This document shows positions 28,779-38,286 of a DNA stretch of 64,000 bases, in pieces. Location of the stretch: NCBI GenBank assembly GCA_016212165.1, contig JACRGY010000104.1:45836-109835 (forward strand). Reading direction: 5' to 3'. Position numbers and translations under genes: made by a program. This DNA comes from Nitrospirota bacterium (GTDB taxonomy: Bacteria; Nitrospirota; Thermodesulfovibrionia; Thermodesulfovibrionales; UBA1546). The notes under the pieces are model-generated. The model did not search any database. It was not told where the DNA came from and saw only the letters and a program-made list of their open reading frames with translations. Each line of letters starts with the position of its first letter. Positions within the stretch are counted from its first letter, which is position 1.

Positions 28779-29453
28779 ATGCACCTGATACTGTTTGATA
28801 TTGACGGCACATTAATAGATTCGGGAGGGGCAGGCGTCCGCTCTCTCGACCTTGCATTCATGGAACTGTTTTCCATCAAAGATGCTTTCCATGGTATAAA
28901 CATGGCAGGCAAGACAGACTCTCAGATAATCAAAGAGGGTTTGATTAAACACGGCATATTAATAAACGCCCATCTCGATGCTGTTACAAGCGCTTACATC
29001 AGGCACCTCGGGAAGGAGATTAATAATAAAAAAAGACGTATCCATCCAGGAATATATGACGTGTTAAGGGAATTAAGTTTCATGGAGGATGTGAGGTTAG
29101 GCCTTCTTACAGGCAATCTTGAGGATGGCGCAAGGATAAAGCTTGAGCCTTTCAATATAAACAGATATTTCCCGACAGGTGCATTTGGAAGCGATGACGA
29201 AGACAGGGACAATCTTCTGCCAATAGCAATACGGAGGTCTGAGGAATTATACAAGGCAAGAATAAAGTTTTATAACTGTACAGTGGTAGGGGATACCCCG
29301 CGTGATATATATTGTTCAAAGCCGTATGGCGCAAAATCTATTGGCGTTGCTACAGGCCAGTATACCGCAGATGCGCTTAAGAAGGCAGGCGCAGATCATA
29401 TTTTCGAGGACCTGTCAGATAATACCAATTTCCTCCAGCTTTTCGCTTCCTGA
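28779..29453 (+). CDS. HAD family hydrolase
   Basis: Motifs LFDIDGTL, LLTGN, GAFGSD, VVGDTPRD. Confidence 0.9.
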   Translation: MHLILFDIDGTLIDSGGAGVRSLDLAFMELFSIKDAFHGINMAGKTDSQIIKEGLIKHGILINAHLDAVTSAYIRHLGKEINNKKRRIHPGIYDVLRELSFMEDVRLGLLTGNLEDGARIKLEPFNINRYFPTGAFGSDDEDRDNLLPIAIRRSEELYKARIKFYNCTVVGDTPRDIYCSKPYGAKSIGVATGQYTADALKKAGADHIFEDLSDNTNFLQLFAS

Positions 29454-29478
29454 GATATTGTTAGCGTAGGGTTTTTAA

Positions 29479-29587
29479 AGGCTGAGATAGTATCTCCGCT
29501 CATTCTCGCTTTGCTCCGAGGTTTTGCCTGTCCATGCATTCTGCATAGAGGCAGGCAAAAAAGCCGCTCAGACACTATCCCCAGCCT
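29479..29587. repeat. Nested inverted-repeat element
   Basis: Outer aggctgagatagtatct / agacactatccccagcct; inner ttttgcctg / caggcaaaa; core atgca-ttc-tgcat. Confidence 0.65.
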
Positions 29588-29653
29588 GAATATAGATATT
29601 TCTTGAATAAATCAGCTAAAATTCCATCAATTAATTTTATTCAGGAGATGAAA

Positions 29654-31108
29654 ATGAATATATCCATAAAAAACATCAGAGAAACAGATTGCATTTGCGA
29701 CGCCTTGATACTGCCTGTTACAGAAGGAGATTCAAAACTCTATGACAAACTTGGCGTATCAGTTCAACGTCTTGTAAGGAAAGTATTTTCAAAAGAATTC
29801 AAAGGCAAACAAAACGAGGTTTTATTGGTCCCCGCACCCAAAGATATTAAACCTGAGAGAATTCTGTTTGTGGGCCTTGGCAAAAAAAGTGAAATTTCTG
29901 CTGAAAGGATAAGACAGGCCGGCGGAAGGGCAGCGGTTTATCTGCGTGATATGGGGATGAAAAAGGTTGCTTTGTCAACGGGCGGTATAGCATCTCTTCA
30001 TTTATCTCAGGTGAGTTTTATAGAAGGGGCTTTACTCGGACTTTATACATTTAAGAGATACAAGGAAGAGAAAAACAATAAGGCAATAGGCAGCATTACG
30101 ATACTTTCGAAGCCGTCTAAAGAACTGGCTAATGAACTTAACCGGACTAAGACCGTGGCATCATCAGTTTGTTTTGCAAGGGATTTGATAAGTACTCCAG
30201 CAAATGACATGACGCCAACACATCTTGCAAAGGCAGCTTTATCCCTGAAAAGAAAAAATCTCTCGGTAAAAGTATTGGATAGAAAAGATGCCGAAAGGCT
30301 GGGTATGGGAGCATATCTTTCTGTTGCCAAAGGTTCTAATGAGCCGCCAAAGTTTATTGTGCTCGAATATAAAGGGGCTGAAGGCAGGCCGTTAGCGCTT
30401 ATAGGCAAGTCAATTACCTTTGACAGCGGCGGCATATCATTAAAGCCAGCTGACGGCATGGAAAAGATGAAATATGATATGGCAGGAGGCGCCGCAGTTT
30501 TGGGAATAATTAAAGCAGCCTCGGAATTAAAACTTCCGGTTAATCTTGTCGGCATACTCCCCGCAACAGAAAATCTTCCCGGAGGCTCTGCAACAAAACC
30601 CGGTGATATTGTTAAATCAATTACCGGGAAAACCGTTGAGATAATCAATACTGATGCGGAAGGGCGGCTGGTTCTTGCTGATGCAATTGGTTATGCAAAA
30701 CGTTTTAAGCCGGGCGCTATCATAGATATCGCAACTCTGACAGGCGCATGTTCCATAGCCCTGGGCAGTGAGGCTATGGCAATGATGGGCAATGACAGTG
30801 GATTAATGGATAAGATTAAAAGATCTGCCGGCAATACGTATGAGCGTGTATGGGAGATGCCTTTGTTTGATGAATACAGGGAATATATAAAGAGCGATAT
30901 CGCTGAGATAAAAAATACCGGGGGTAAAAACGGTTCACTGGTTACAGCAGCATATTTCCTCTATGAATTTGCAGAAAAAACCCCGTGGGTTCATCTTGAT
31001 ATTGCAGGCACTGCCTGGACAGAAAAAGACAAGCCTTATATTCCAAAAGGAGCATCAGGGATTGGGGTTAGGCTGGTAATGGATTTGCTTAAAGATTTCA
31101 GGCCGTAG
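29654..31108 (+). CDS. pepA: Leucyl aminopeptidase (M17)
   Basis: Motifs GKSITFDSGG, MKYDMAG, NTDAEGRL, ATLTGAC, HLDIAGT. Confidence 0.96.
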   Translation: MNISIKNIRETDCICDALILPVTEGDSKLYDKLGVSVQRLVRKVFSKEFKGKQNEVLLVPAPKDIKPERILFVGLGKKSEISAERIRQAGGRAAVYLRDMGMKKVALSTGGIASLHLSQVSFIEGALLGLYTFKRYKEEKNNKAIGSITILSKPSKELANELNRTKTVASSVCFARDLISTPANDMTPTHLAKAALSLKRKNLSVKVLDRKDAERLGMGAYLSVAKGSNEPPKFIVLEYKGAEGRPLALIGKSITFDSGGISLKPADGMEKMKYDMAGGAAVLGIIKAASELKLPVNLVGILPATENLPGGSATKPGDIVKSITGKTVEIINTDAEGRLVLADAIGYAKRFKPGAIIDIATLTGACSIALGSEAMAMMGNDSGLMDKIKRSAGNTYERVWEMPLFDEYREYIKSDIAEIKNTGGKNGSLVTAAYFLYEFAEKTPWVHLDIAGTAWTEKDKPYIPKGASGIGVRLVMDLLKDFRP

Positions 31109-31150
31109 CTTTAGTAAGCAGGCCATGCCATGCCCTGCTTACAACTTAGC

Positions 31151-32221
31151 TTATTTTAGATATCCTTCAACCAAAATATCTTCTCCGATGCGTTTCACAT
31201 TTATATCTTTTAACTTATATGCCTCGGAAAGTTTTCTGAATACCTTTCCGCCTACGGCAGGGAATGAATCCTTGCCCCCGATAATCTTTGGAGCTATAAA
31301 GAACATAACCTTGTCAACGATGCCGTCTTCAAGGGCATGGCTGTTCAATGAAGAACCACCTTCTATGAGAACTGATGTTATATCCATTTTGCCAAGTTTT
31401 TCCATCAGCCATTTGAGGTCAAGCCTTCCTGTGTAATGGATAAGCTTTACCCCTGCCTCCTCAATCTTCTTTGCTTTATTGCCTGTATCTTCGGTAATGA
31501 TGATTGTTTCCGGCGGAGCGTTTAAAATTCGCGAATCTAAAGGTGTCTCAAGAGCAGGGTCTATGATAATCCTTAATGGGTCTTTTTTACCTTTTATCCT
31601 TGCTGTAAGGCGGGGATTATCAGCTTTAACAGTTCCTATAGCTGTGATTATTGCATCAACGCTGCTTCTTAGCCTGCGGACTTTTTCTCTTGCCTTTTCT
31701 CCTGTAATCCATTTCGACTCGCCTTCAGGTGTTGCTATCTTTCCGTCGAGGGTCATAGCTACTTTTAATATTACGAATGGTTTTCGGGTTATGATGTATT
31801 TGATATAAGCTTCGTTTAATTTTTCAGCTTCCTTTTCCAAAATTCCTGATATAACTTTTATCCCTGCCTTTTCAAGTTCTTCTATCCCTTTCCCTGCGAC
31901 TTTAGGATTGGGGTCTTTCATGCCTGTTACAACTTTTTTGATCCCTGCATTTATAATCGCCTTTGTGCATGGCGGGGTTCTTTTATCCGTATGGCAGCAT
32001 GGTTCAAGGTTTACATAGAGTGTTGCCCCTTTTGCCTTCTCTCCTGCCTTTTGGATAACAAGCGCCTCTGCGTGAGGTGTGCCGGGCTTTCTGTGATAGT
32101 CTTCAGCAATGAGCTTCCCATTCTTGGCAAGTACAGCTCCGACCATAGGATTCGGGCTTGTCATGCCGCTTGCCTTTGCTGCAAGCCTTAAAACCTTTTT
32201 CATCATCAATGCATTTTCCAT
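31151..32221 (-). CDS. ribD: Riboflavin biosynthesis deaminase/reductase
   Basis: Motifs PNPMVG, HAE, LEPCCH...TPPC, TLDGKIA, IEGG. Confidence 0.96.
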   Translation of the reverse strand: MENALMMKKVLRLAAKASGMTSPNPMVGAVLAKNGKLIAEDYHRKPGTPHAEALVIQKAGEKAKGATLYVNLEPCCHTDKRTPPCTKAIINAGIKKVVTGMKDPNPKVAGKGIEELEKAGIKVISGILEKEAEKLNEAYIKYIITRKPFVILKVAMTLDGKIATPEGESKWITGEKAREKVRRLRSSVDAIITAIGTVKADNPRLTARIKGKKDPLRIIIDPALETPLDSRILNAPPETIIITEDTGNKAKKIEEAGVKLIHYTGRLDLKWLMEKLGKMDITSVLIEGGSSLNSHALEDGIVDKVMFFIAPKIIGGKDSFPAVGGKVFRKLSEAYKLKDINVKRIGEDILVEGYLK

Positions 32222-32235
32222 AGGTCAGCCTGTTT

Positions 32236-34170
32236 TTACTTCTTTGTATAAGGCAGCAGCCCGCCTTTGAGGATAATTTCTTTCTGTCTGTCATTCAAAT
32301 CCGAGACCACTTCAAATGTGCTGGCCTTTGTAATGTTTTCGACTCTATAGACCTGAGAGCCCTTGAGAGAATTTATCACATCCTTTATGACAAGGACATT
32401 GCCTTTTTCAATATTTTCATAATCAGAAAGATTTCTGAACTGCAAAGGCAATATCCCGAAGTTTATGAGGTTAGCCTTGTGAATCCTTGCGAATGATTTC
32501 ACAATCACTGCCTGAAGCCCAAGATGCATCGGCGCAATTGCCGCATGCTCGCGTGATGAACCCTGACCGTAATTTTCACCTCCGACTACAAGGCACCCGC
32601 CTTTAGCCTTTGCCTCACTTGCCCTTGAACTGAACGTAGGGTCAATCCCGCTGAAGACAAATTCTGAAATCTCTGGAATGTTCGAACGGAACGGAAGGAC
32701 TTTTGAACCTGCCGGCATGATGTCGTCTGTTGTGATGTTATCACCGAGCTTGAGCAATACCTCTGCCTCAATTTTATCTTTTAGCGGTTCTTTAACTGAA
32801 ATGTCCTTGATATTCGGGCCTTTCACAACAACTACCTTAGACGTATCTTTTTTCGGAGAAATTATGAAACTTTTGTTTATCAGATATTTTTTTGGCTCTG
32901 AAAATTTTCCTGTCTTAAGGCCGGATTTGCGGGGGTCAACTATTTTTCCTTTTACTGCAAACACAGCGCAGGATACAGGGCTTGCAAGATACACAGACGC
33001 ATCCTTTGTCCCGCTTCTTCCTTTAAAGTTCCTGTTATATGAGCGCACTGATACCTGCCCGCTTCCCGGTGCTCCTCCCATGCCGATGCAAGGCCCGCAT
33101 GAAGACTCAAGCATTCTCGCGCCTGCTGAAATCATTGCGGAGGTAAGGCTCTCTTTTGATATCATCTGGTAAACCTGCTTTGAGCCCGGATTGATCAGGA
33201 GATTAACGCCTTCTGAGACATTATTATTTTTTAGTATTGCTGCCACTGCCTTCATGGACTGATATGATGAGTTTGTGCAGCTTCCTATGCAGACCTGGTC
33301 AACCTTTGTGCCTGCAAGGCTTTTGACAGTTACGACATTGTCAGGGCTGTGGGGCTGTGCAATCATTGGTTCGATTGTGCCCAGGTCAAGATTTATTATC
33401 TCCGGATATTCAGCGTCTTTATCTGCCTTAAGTTCTGCCCAGTTATTTTTTCTTCCTACGGCAGTAAGATAAAACTTTGTTCTTTCGTCACTGGGAAAGA
33501 TTGAAGTTGTTGCTCCGAGTTCTGCTCCCATATTTGTTATGGTTGCCCTCTCTGTCACATTCAGGTCTTTTACACCGGGGCCTCCGTATTCAAATATCTT
33601 TCCTACGCCGCCTTTGACAGTAAGTTTCCTTAAGATTTCCAGAATTACATCCATTGCCGTGACATAGGGGCGGCTGAGTTTTCCTTTAAGATTTATCTTT
33701 ACGACCTGCGGCATGGTAAGTTCAAAAGGAGCGCCTGCCATAACAGTTGCTGCATCAAGCCCGCCCACGCCTATAGCAATCATTCCCATACCGCCGTTTG
33801 TCGGCGTGTGGCTGTCAGTTCCCAGAGCTATTTTCCCCGGAGCAGCGAACTGTTCAAGATGAACCTGATGGCATATGCCATTGCCCGGCCTTGAAAAATA
33901 TGCGCCATATTTTGCCGCGACTGTCTGGAGGAATTTGTGGTCGTCAGGATTCATATAGTCTGTCTGAAGCATGTTGTGGTCTACATATGAGACTGCCAGA
34001 GGAACCTTGACCCTGTCTATCCCTATGGCCTCGAACTGAAGCCAGGTCATTGTGCCTGTTGCATCCTGTGTATATACCTGGTCAACTTTAAGCCCGACTG
34101 TACTGCCTGCTTTCAATTCGCCGTAAGCCTTATGCGCTTCAAATATTTTTTCAACTATATTCTTTCCCAC
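32236..34170 (-). CDS. Aconitate hydratase (single-chain type)
   Basis: Motifs TQDATGT, GICHQ, DSHT, GSCTN, CGPCIG, NRNF, ITTDDI, GSSREHA; GTG start. Confidence 0.92.
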   Translation of the reverse strand: MGKNIVEKIFEAHKAYGELKAGSTVGLKVDQVYTQDATGTMTWLQFEAIGIDRVKVPLAVSYVDHNMLQTDYMNPDDHKFLQTVAAKYGAYFSRPGNGICHQVHLEQFAAPGKIALGTDSHTPTNGGMGMIAIGVGGLDAATVMAGAPFELTMPQVVKINLKGKLSRPYVTAMDVILEILRKLTVKGGVGKIFEYGGPGVKDLNVTERATITNMGAELGATTSIFPSDERTKFYLTAVGRKNNWAELKADKDAEYPEIINLDLGTIEPMIAQPHSPDNVVTVKSLAGTKVDQVCIGSCTNSSYQSMKAVAAILKNNNVSEGVNLLINPGSKQVYQMISKESLTSAMISAGARMLESSCGPCIGMGGAPGSGQVSVRSYNRNFKGRSGTKDASVYLASPVSCAVFAVKGKIVDPRKSGLKTGKFSEPKKYLINKSFIISPKKDTSKVVVVKGPNIKDISVKEPLKDKIEAEVLLKLGDNITTDDIMPAGSKVLPFRSNIPEISEFVFSGIDPTFSSRASEAKAKGGCLVVGGENYGQGSSREHAAIAPMHLGLQAVIVKSFARIHKANLINFGILPLQFRNLSDYENIEKGNVLVIKDVINSLKGSQVYRVENITKASTFEVVSDLNDRQKEIILKGGLLPYTKK

Positions 34171-34312
34171 TTTATACCTCGCATTTGATATTTAGAATGT
34201 TATTTTACATGGCGGATGTTGATTGAATCAAGGTAAACAATGCTTTTTTTGACTTTCTGCAAGGGCATGTGTAAAAATATAGAGCAAAAAATAAAAATAA
34301 TCAGAGGTTGTG

Positions 34313-35569
34313 ATGCATTTTTTCAAATACAAAGGCAACGAATTATTTGCCGAAGATGTCCCTGTAAGGAAACTTGCAGAAAAATACGGCACCCCTTTGT
34401 ATGTCTACAGCCACGCCACTCTGCTCAGGCATTTCAAGGCATACGACGATGCATTTGACGGTTACCCCCACATAATCTGTTTTGCGGTCAAGGCGAACTC
34501 GAACCTGGCAATACTCCGGCTCTTTGCAGAAAACAACGGAGGCGCTGATATTGTGTCAGGGGGAGAACTTTTCAGGGCTTTAAAAGCAGGTGTTTCTCCG
34601 AAAAGGATTGTTTATGCAGGCGTTGGAAAGACTGACGATGAAATAAGGTTTGCATTGAGGTCGAAGATACTCATGTTCAATGTTGAATCCGAAGCTGAAT
34701 TACAGAGGATTAATGAAGTCGCAGGAAAGATGAAGACAAAGGCTCCTGTTGCGCTGAGGATCAACCCGGACATAGACCCTCAGACACATCCGTATATATC
34801 CACCGGCCTAAAAAAACATAAGTTCGGCATACCGATTGAGGATGCAATCGAATATTACAGGGCTGCAAACAGGCTTAAAAATATCTCTATTGTCGGAATA
34901 CACAAACACATAGGTTCCCAGATTACAAAGGTGTCTCCTTTTGTTGATGCCCTGAAAAGAATTCTGTTTTTGATTGATGAGCTTAATGCTCAGGGAGTAA
35001 ACATAAAATACCTCGATATGGGTGGCGGGCTCGGTATCCCGTACAAGGACGAGGAACCTCCTGTGCCAAAAGACCTTGCAAAAAACATTCTGCCATTGCT
35101 CAATGGAAGAAAGATGACGCTCATAATGGAACCCGGCAGGTCTATTGTCGGAAATGCAGGCATACTTGTTACAAAGACGCTTTATCTGAAACAGGGGCAT
35201 GAGAAGGAATTTATCATAGTGGACGCAGGGATGAACGACCTGATGAGGCCGTCATTGTACGGCGCATACCACGGAATAATTCCGCTCAAAAGGTATAGGA
35301 GGGCGAATACATTTGCTGACGTTGTGGGGCCGATATGCGAGTCAGGAGATTTTTTTGCAAAGGAAAGGGAAATGACCGGGGTCAGACAGGGTGAATATCT
35401 TGCTGTTATGAGCGCGGGCGCGTATGGTTTTTCGATGAGCTCAAATTATAACAGCCGCCCGAGGCCGGCTGAGGTGATGGTGAAAGGCAGGAAACATTTT
35501 CTGATAAGGGAGAGGGAGACATATAAAACTCTGACTGATAACGAGAAGATTCCCGGGTTCATGAAATGA
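34313..35569 (+). CDS. lysA: Diaminopimelate decarboxylase
   Basis: Motifs AVKAN, HIGSQ, GGGLG, EPGR, GPICESGD, GAYG, SSNYN. Confidence 0.97.
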   Translation: MHFFKYKGNELFAEDVPVRKLAEKYGTPLYVYSHATLLRHFKAYDDAFDGYPHIICFAVKANSNLAILRLFAENNGGADIVSGGELFRALKAGVSPKRIVYAGVGKTDDEIRFALRSKILMFNVESEAELQRINEVAGKMKTKAPVALRINPDIDPQTHPYISTGLKKHKFGIPIEDAIEYYRAANRLKNISIVGIHKHIGSQITKVSPFVDALKRILFLIDELNAQGVNIKYLDMGGGLGIPYKDEEPPVPKDLAKNILPLLNGRKMTLIMEPGRSIVGNAGILVTKTLYLKQGHEKEFIIVDAGMNDLMRPSLYGAYHGIIPLKRYRRANTFADVVGPICESGDFFAKEREMTGVRQGEYLAVMSAGAYGFSMSSNYNSRPRPAEVMVKGRKHFLIRERETYKTLTDNEKIPGFMK

Positions 35570-36406
35570 TTAATATTGCCGCTGCAGGCGGCCCCTTTTA
35601 ATTTTTTTGCCGTCACTCTCGAAGGCTATATCACCATCCCTGTAAGTGAAAAATATTTTGACGCCATTATTTTTCAATCTCTCTGTCACATCTGGGTCAG
35701 GGCCGCCCTTTGCATTGTCTTTTTTGTCTGCCGATATAACTGCATACTCAGGGGAGACGGCTTTAATAAACTCTTCCGATGATGCATCCTTGGCGCCGTG
35801 ATGACCTGTTTTAAGAAGATTGGCCTTTAACCCTGTGCTGTTTTTCAGCAATGATTTTTCTATCCCGGTATTTGCATCTCCCATGAGGATGAAAGATGTT
35901 TCACCGTAAATTATTTTCAATACTAGCGTATTTTCATTCCAGTCTGAAGTAAACCTGTAAGGCCAGAGGATATTAATGGCAACCTTTCCCATGGGAATGC
36001 TGTCCCCGGCCTTTAAAGCTCTGTAATTGCCATTTCTATAGATGGAACTATACCGCCTGTATATATCATAATCGCTGCTGTTATCCAATTCCTGCCCGTT
36101 GTCGTAAAGGGCGTTTGCCTTTATCTCCTGAAGTATATGGAACACCCCTCCGGCATGGTCAGGATGAGGATGTGTGATAATAAGGATATCAAGTTTTTTG
36201 ATTCCTCTTTTTTTAAGGAATTGAACTACCTTGTAGCCGCTGATGATGTTCCCTGTATCTATAAGTATTCTTTGCGTATCCGGTGTCTCGATATATATGG
36301 CGTCTCCCTCACCAACATCCAGAAAGAAAAACTTAAGGCTTTCTGCCTGCACAGGGGCATGACAAAAGATAAGGATTAACGCCGGGACCAGAATTTTTCT
36401 ACCCAT
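35570..36406 (-). CDS. Secreted ComEC/Rec2-type metallo-beta-lactamase fold protein
   Basis: Signal peptide; DVGEGD, THPHPDHAGG, MGD, GHHG. Confidence 0.88.
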   Translation of the reverse strand: MGRKILVPALILIFCHAPVQAESLKFFFLDVGEGDAIYIETPDTQRILIDTGNIISGYKVVQFLKKRGIKKLDILIITHPHPDHAGGVFHILQEIKANALYDNGQELDNSSDYDIYRRYSSIYRNGNYRALKAGDSIPMGKVAINILWPYRFTSDWNENTLVLKIIYGETSFILMGDANTGIEKSLLKNSTGLKANLLKTGHHGAKDASSEEFIKAVSPEYAVISADKKDNAKGGPDPDVTERLKNNGVKIFFTYRDGDIAFESDGKKIKRGRLQRQY

Positions 36407-36876
36407 AATCCAAGAACTCCTCCTGTTGCGTTCATTAAGACATCCCTTAAGTCCCCAACCCTGTTTGGAAGCAGTAATTGGATAAATTCGTCTACGCTGC
36501 CAATCAGGACTATTAACAACAGGGCCCGGATGAGATGTCTCGAACCGGTTCCCATTGCCGTTGAAACTAAAAACCCGAGTATACCGTATTCCAGAAAATG
36601 CACTCTCTCTTCAGGCCGCTCCATCTGATAGATAAATATAAGCGCTGCGATCAGTGGGGTGATCACTATTGCAGACCTTGCAACCCCTTTCTTTAGAAAT
36701 AAAAATAAAATGAGACAGGGTATGACAAAGAGAACTATATCGAGAGAAACTGCCAGATTTCTTCTTCCGATAGATGAGTACAAAAGATTGAGGAAAGCGC
36801 GCATAACAGGAAGAGTCAGATAAATGGCAGCGACATAGATTATTATAATTTTCCAGATTTTGGGTATCCTGGTCAT
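36376..36876 (-). CDS. VanZ family membrane protein
   Basis: HFLEYG, DEFIQ..LPNR....DV..N..G. Confidence 0.85.
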   Translation of the reverse strand: MTRIPKIWKIIIIYVAAIYLTLPVMRAFLNLLYSSIGRRNLAVSLDIVLFVIPCLILFLFLKKGVARSAIVITPLIAALIFIYQMERPEERVHFLEYGILGFLVSTAMGTGSRHLIRALLLIVLIGSVDEFIQLLLPNRVGDLRDVLMNATGGVLGLWVEKFWSRR

Positions 36877-37144
36877 AAGTTGAGTAATAATATTTCCTCT
36901 TGAAAGTTATTAGCAGCCATTTTTTATCGCTGATATTTTGGATTATAACATGCAGGTTTGTTTATATTCGCTGCAAATCTTTGGATTTTCAGCGGCATAT
37001 TCGTACAAAGTTAGTCTTAATGGTACGGTTGTTTTTTAAAGAGTTTCTTTTTCTTGAGGGCAAGGCCTTGCGAAAATCCTTGACTTTTCTATGGTTTAGC
37101 AATAAAATTTTGAGAAATGTATAAATACATAGAAGGAGTAAATT

Positions 37145-38233
37145 ATGGCGCGTAAGCTGCTTCTTGCCGATGATAGCATTACAATACAGAAAGTCGTAGA
37201 GCTTGTCCTTGCTGAGGAGGGCTTTGAGATAAAGGCTGTTAATAACGGCGAGGAGGCGCTTGCTGCTGCCGCGACATTTAAACCCGATATAGTCCTTGCC
37301 GACATTGAGATGCCGAAAATGAACGGTTATCAGTTATGCGAAAAACTGAAAATGAATCCCTCAACCAAAAATGTTCCTGTTATACTTCTGTCCGGCGCCT
37401 TTGAACCGCTTGATGAAGAACTTGCGAGACAGGTAAAGGCAGACAGTTTTGTTATAAAACCGTTTGAGTCCCAGGAGTTAATCAGTAGAATAAACGCTTC
37501 TCTTGTACCGCAGGCAGCAACTGCAGAAGCAGAGGCAGTAGAAGCTGTGGCAGTAGAAGCTGAAGAAGAAGCCGTTGTTGCAGAGGCTGTCAGCGGCGAG
37601 GAAGACCTCTGGTCAATGGAGGCAATGGAAGAGGCCCCTGCAGAGACAGCGGCACTGGAAGAAGTACTGGCGGAAGCTGTGCCCGAAGAGGTTGTCTTTT
37701 CTGATGCATTTGCAACCGCAGAACCTGAAGAAATAAATGTTGCCGAGGCATTAGAGGTTGCTGAAGAGGCAGATCTAAGCGCAGAGGCAGTTTTTGCAGA
37801 GGCAGTTGAAGCCACTCCGGTGGAAGCAGCAGATGCAGGAAAGATGGCAGCGCCTGTCTATGAGGAAAAAATTGTTTCTGCCCCTGCAGATTTACGAAGG
37901 CAAAGGGAAATGCCCGCTATAGAGCTTCCGTCAAAACAGGAACTATCATCCATGTTTAAAAAGGCAGTGGATGAAAGGGTTGCGTCATTCCTGTCAACAA
38001 TGGATATTAAAAGTGCGCTGCTTTCGTCAATTACACCCGCGTTAAAGGATTCTATTGAAAAAGTTTTATGGGAGGTTGCCCCTGAACTTACTGAAAAGCT
38101 CCTCAAAGAGATACTTCAGAGTTCGCTTGCATCATTAAGCAAGGAAATTGAAAAGGTTATATGGGAGACTGTTCCTGAGGTTGCAGAAAGGTTGATTGCA
38201 AAGGAAATAGAAAAGATTAAGTCAGAGTTATAG
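37145..38233 (+). CDS. RomR-like response regulator (REC, acidic linker, duplicated C-terminal helix motif)
   Basis: LLLADDSITIQKVV receiver; Glu/Ala-rich linker; IEKVLWEVAPEL and IEKVIWETVPEV; directly upstream of valS. Confidence 0.75.
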   Translation: MARKLLLADDSITIQKVVELVLAEEGFEIKAVNNGEEALAAAATFKPDIVLADIEMPKMNGYQLCEKLKMNPSTKNVPVILLSGAFEPLDEELARQVKADSFVIKPFESQELISRINASLVPQAATAEAEAVEAVAVEAEEEAVVAEAVSGEEDLWSMEAMEEAPAETAALEEVLAEAVPEEVVFSDAFATAEPEEINVAEALEVAEEADLSAEAVFAEAVEATPVEAADAGKMAAPVYEEKIVSAPADLRRQREMPAIELPSKQELSSMFKKAVDERVASFLSTMDIKSALLSSITPALKDSIEKVLWEVAPELTEKLLKEILQSSLASLSKEIEKVIWETVPEVAERLIAKEIEKIKSEL

Positions 38234-38286
38234 ACACAGGTATCAGGCCAAGCCCTGATCCCCAACCCCAATCCCCGGACTAATTT

